This document shows, one piece after another, positions 62,191 to 64,000 of a DNA stretch of 64,000 bases. Within the stretch, counting starts at the first letter, position 1. Each line of letters opens with the position of its first letter. A program made the position numbers and the translations under genes. The stretch lies in the NCBI GenBank assembly GCA_036172245.1, contig JAYWIR010000036.1:868001-932000 (forward strand), written 5' to 3'. Source of the DNA: Raillietiella orientalis. Taxonomy: Eukaryota. Below the pieces are notes generated by a model that saw nothing but the letters and a program-made list of their open reading frames with translations, did not search any database and was not told where the DNA came from.

Positions 62191-64000
62191 GGCTGTGTCC
62201 ATTCCCCGACACCTCCGTCGCGTTCACGGGGGGTACACTGCAAGAGCATCCGTTTCAGCATGCGTGGCAATTTCGCAGGCGGTGGAGACGAAACGGTGTG
62301 AGATCATTAGGTGTGAGGTCGACGGTATTTCACCGCGCAACCAAAATTCCGTCTTCGAACGAGGCCGCATTAGAAGAGTATTTTTCTCGTCCCAGAGTTT
62401 CATTTTTAGGGTTTTTTTTTTCTTCTTGCAGCACCTTTCCAAGGCTCGTGCCCACGCACTAAAGAAGTCATCTCCTTCAGCCCAGTCACCAAAGCGAGAT
62501 ACGCATTCTTCACGCGTTCATCGGCGTCCCGTTCGATTTCTTTCCGGTCCTTTTCGATTTCTTTCTTGTAAAGCAGGACAACCCCGCAAAACGAACGGAC
62601 AAGAAACAACACGATGGGTGATCTGGAGGACGGTGAAGTTCGCCGCGAGATGAAGTTTGCGGGTGCTCTTGAGTGAGAAGCAGGGAGGACCGAAGAATGG
62701 TGCGCGGACAGCAGCAGCGACGTCTTGAAGAACACACTCTCCAGAAAGGGAGGCTTCCTGACGAGTGTGCGTCCCGGATCAGGGATAAGCTGAGCCTTTC
62801 GTGTTTTATGTTCTCGAGAAAATTAACGAGCAATGAGAAGATGGGGTAAAGGAAGGGGAGGAGGAGGGGTCGAGGGAAACCCGCGAAACACAAGCGCGGA
62901 CACCGGGGAGACGCGTGGCTCATCGTGCGGATCGCCATGCGATGCCGTTGCCTCTCCTCGGCCATTTTCGAATGCACCCAAGGCCCACCGGGGATTGTTC
63001 TGCAGGAGGTGACCATCGAGACGGGCGCGGTGGAGTCGTGCGGACGGTTGCGCGCGCCCACTTTCGCCGCCTGCCGAAAGTGACGAACTCGGAACGTGCG
63101 CTGCTTGCAGGTGTTTTTTGTTTTTGTTTTTCCTTTTCCCTCCCTCCTCCTCTCTCTTTTGGTATCTTTTTAGCCTGACGATCTTCCAGTTTTCCTCTGT
63201 CAGAGGTGCAGCAGAAGGTGCGGCAGTCGGATTTTCCCGCCCTCGTTTGTTGCTCATCGTGCGCACAAGAAGCGAGTGGTACCGTTCCTCCTTCTTGGAG
63301 CATCAGCAGCGCGGGCAAGAAACCACCAGCGGCGAAGGCTGCCTTCTTGAGGACGGAGACACCTCAGAAGGTAGGAGCGGGGCTCCATCGGACTCGAGCT
63401 GGTAGCTGCTGGTTCCGTGACGTCATCACCAAGACTTTCGAAATGCGCCCTTTTCCACTCTTGGTTACCTGCCTGCTCCTGCACCCCGATTTCTCCTGGA
63501 AGCTCCCGGTTCGGGGTGCCAGGACCGACGCACTCTCTTCGTGGACCCGGAAACTGTCGTCGGGAGCGCCTGCAGGGAAATTCGGAAGCGTTCCCTCCGG
63601 GGTTCTTTTCAGGGGAGGATGAAACAGGGGACGCATCCCTTGCCCGGGAGTCCCTCCGGAGAAGGAAATTCCAGGTGCCCTCGTTGGATCAGCCATGTGG
63701 CTGCAGTCTCCGCGCATGGCGCCGAGCTTCGCGGGTTCGATTTCCCCCCGCGAGATGACGCTGGTTGGTCTATTCAGGTGTGGCAGTGGCGGAAGCCGGA
63801 AATCCCCGGATGCCCCCTATGAGTGGCTGGGATTGGAAGTTGATCCTCCGAGGTCCTTCCAGGGCATCAAGCCCTTCAAGGTTCCCCTCTGGTTGTGAAA
63901 ATGGGGACGCCCTACCCTCCATCGCGTACTATGGAGCTGTATGACACCCCTTTCGGGGTTACCTCTCCAGCGTGCTAAGGAGCTCTCTATTCCCTTCGAA

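Overview
Eukaryotic (animal, most likely arthropod or another protostome) genomic DNA from a compact, gene-dense genome with very short introns (mostly 37-60 nt). The six-frame track misses most real genes because they are spliced. I rebuilt exon structures by hand, and for each recognised gene the splice phases are consistent and the summed exon length closes the reading frame. Recognised genes: ClC-2/ClC-a chloride channel (+, 582-13271, 16 exons, 8 kb first intron), Sec13 (+), a short Ana2-type STIL/SAS-5 centriole gene (+), ISCA1 (-), MED26 (+), AATF/Bfr2 (+), PP2A scaffold subunit A (-) and G-protein gamma-1 (-). Also present: an unidentified spliced gene, an orphan membrane-protein terminal exon, a 3' fragment of an L1/Tx1-type retrotransposon, and several decayed coding-like or duplicated GC-rich segments. 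The most notable feature is the Sec13 > STIL/Ana2 >< ISCA1 cluster. STIL starts about 110 nt after the Sec13 poly(A) signal, behind a splice acceptor (operon/dicistronic-like), and its stop is only 41 nt from the ISCA1 stop. Other leads are alternative ClC first exons, alternative PP2A-A C-termini, long hairpins and sharp GC/CpG domains. No tRNA, rRNA or CRISPR array was seen. I cannot demonstrate a wholly new biological system from sequence alone.
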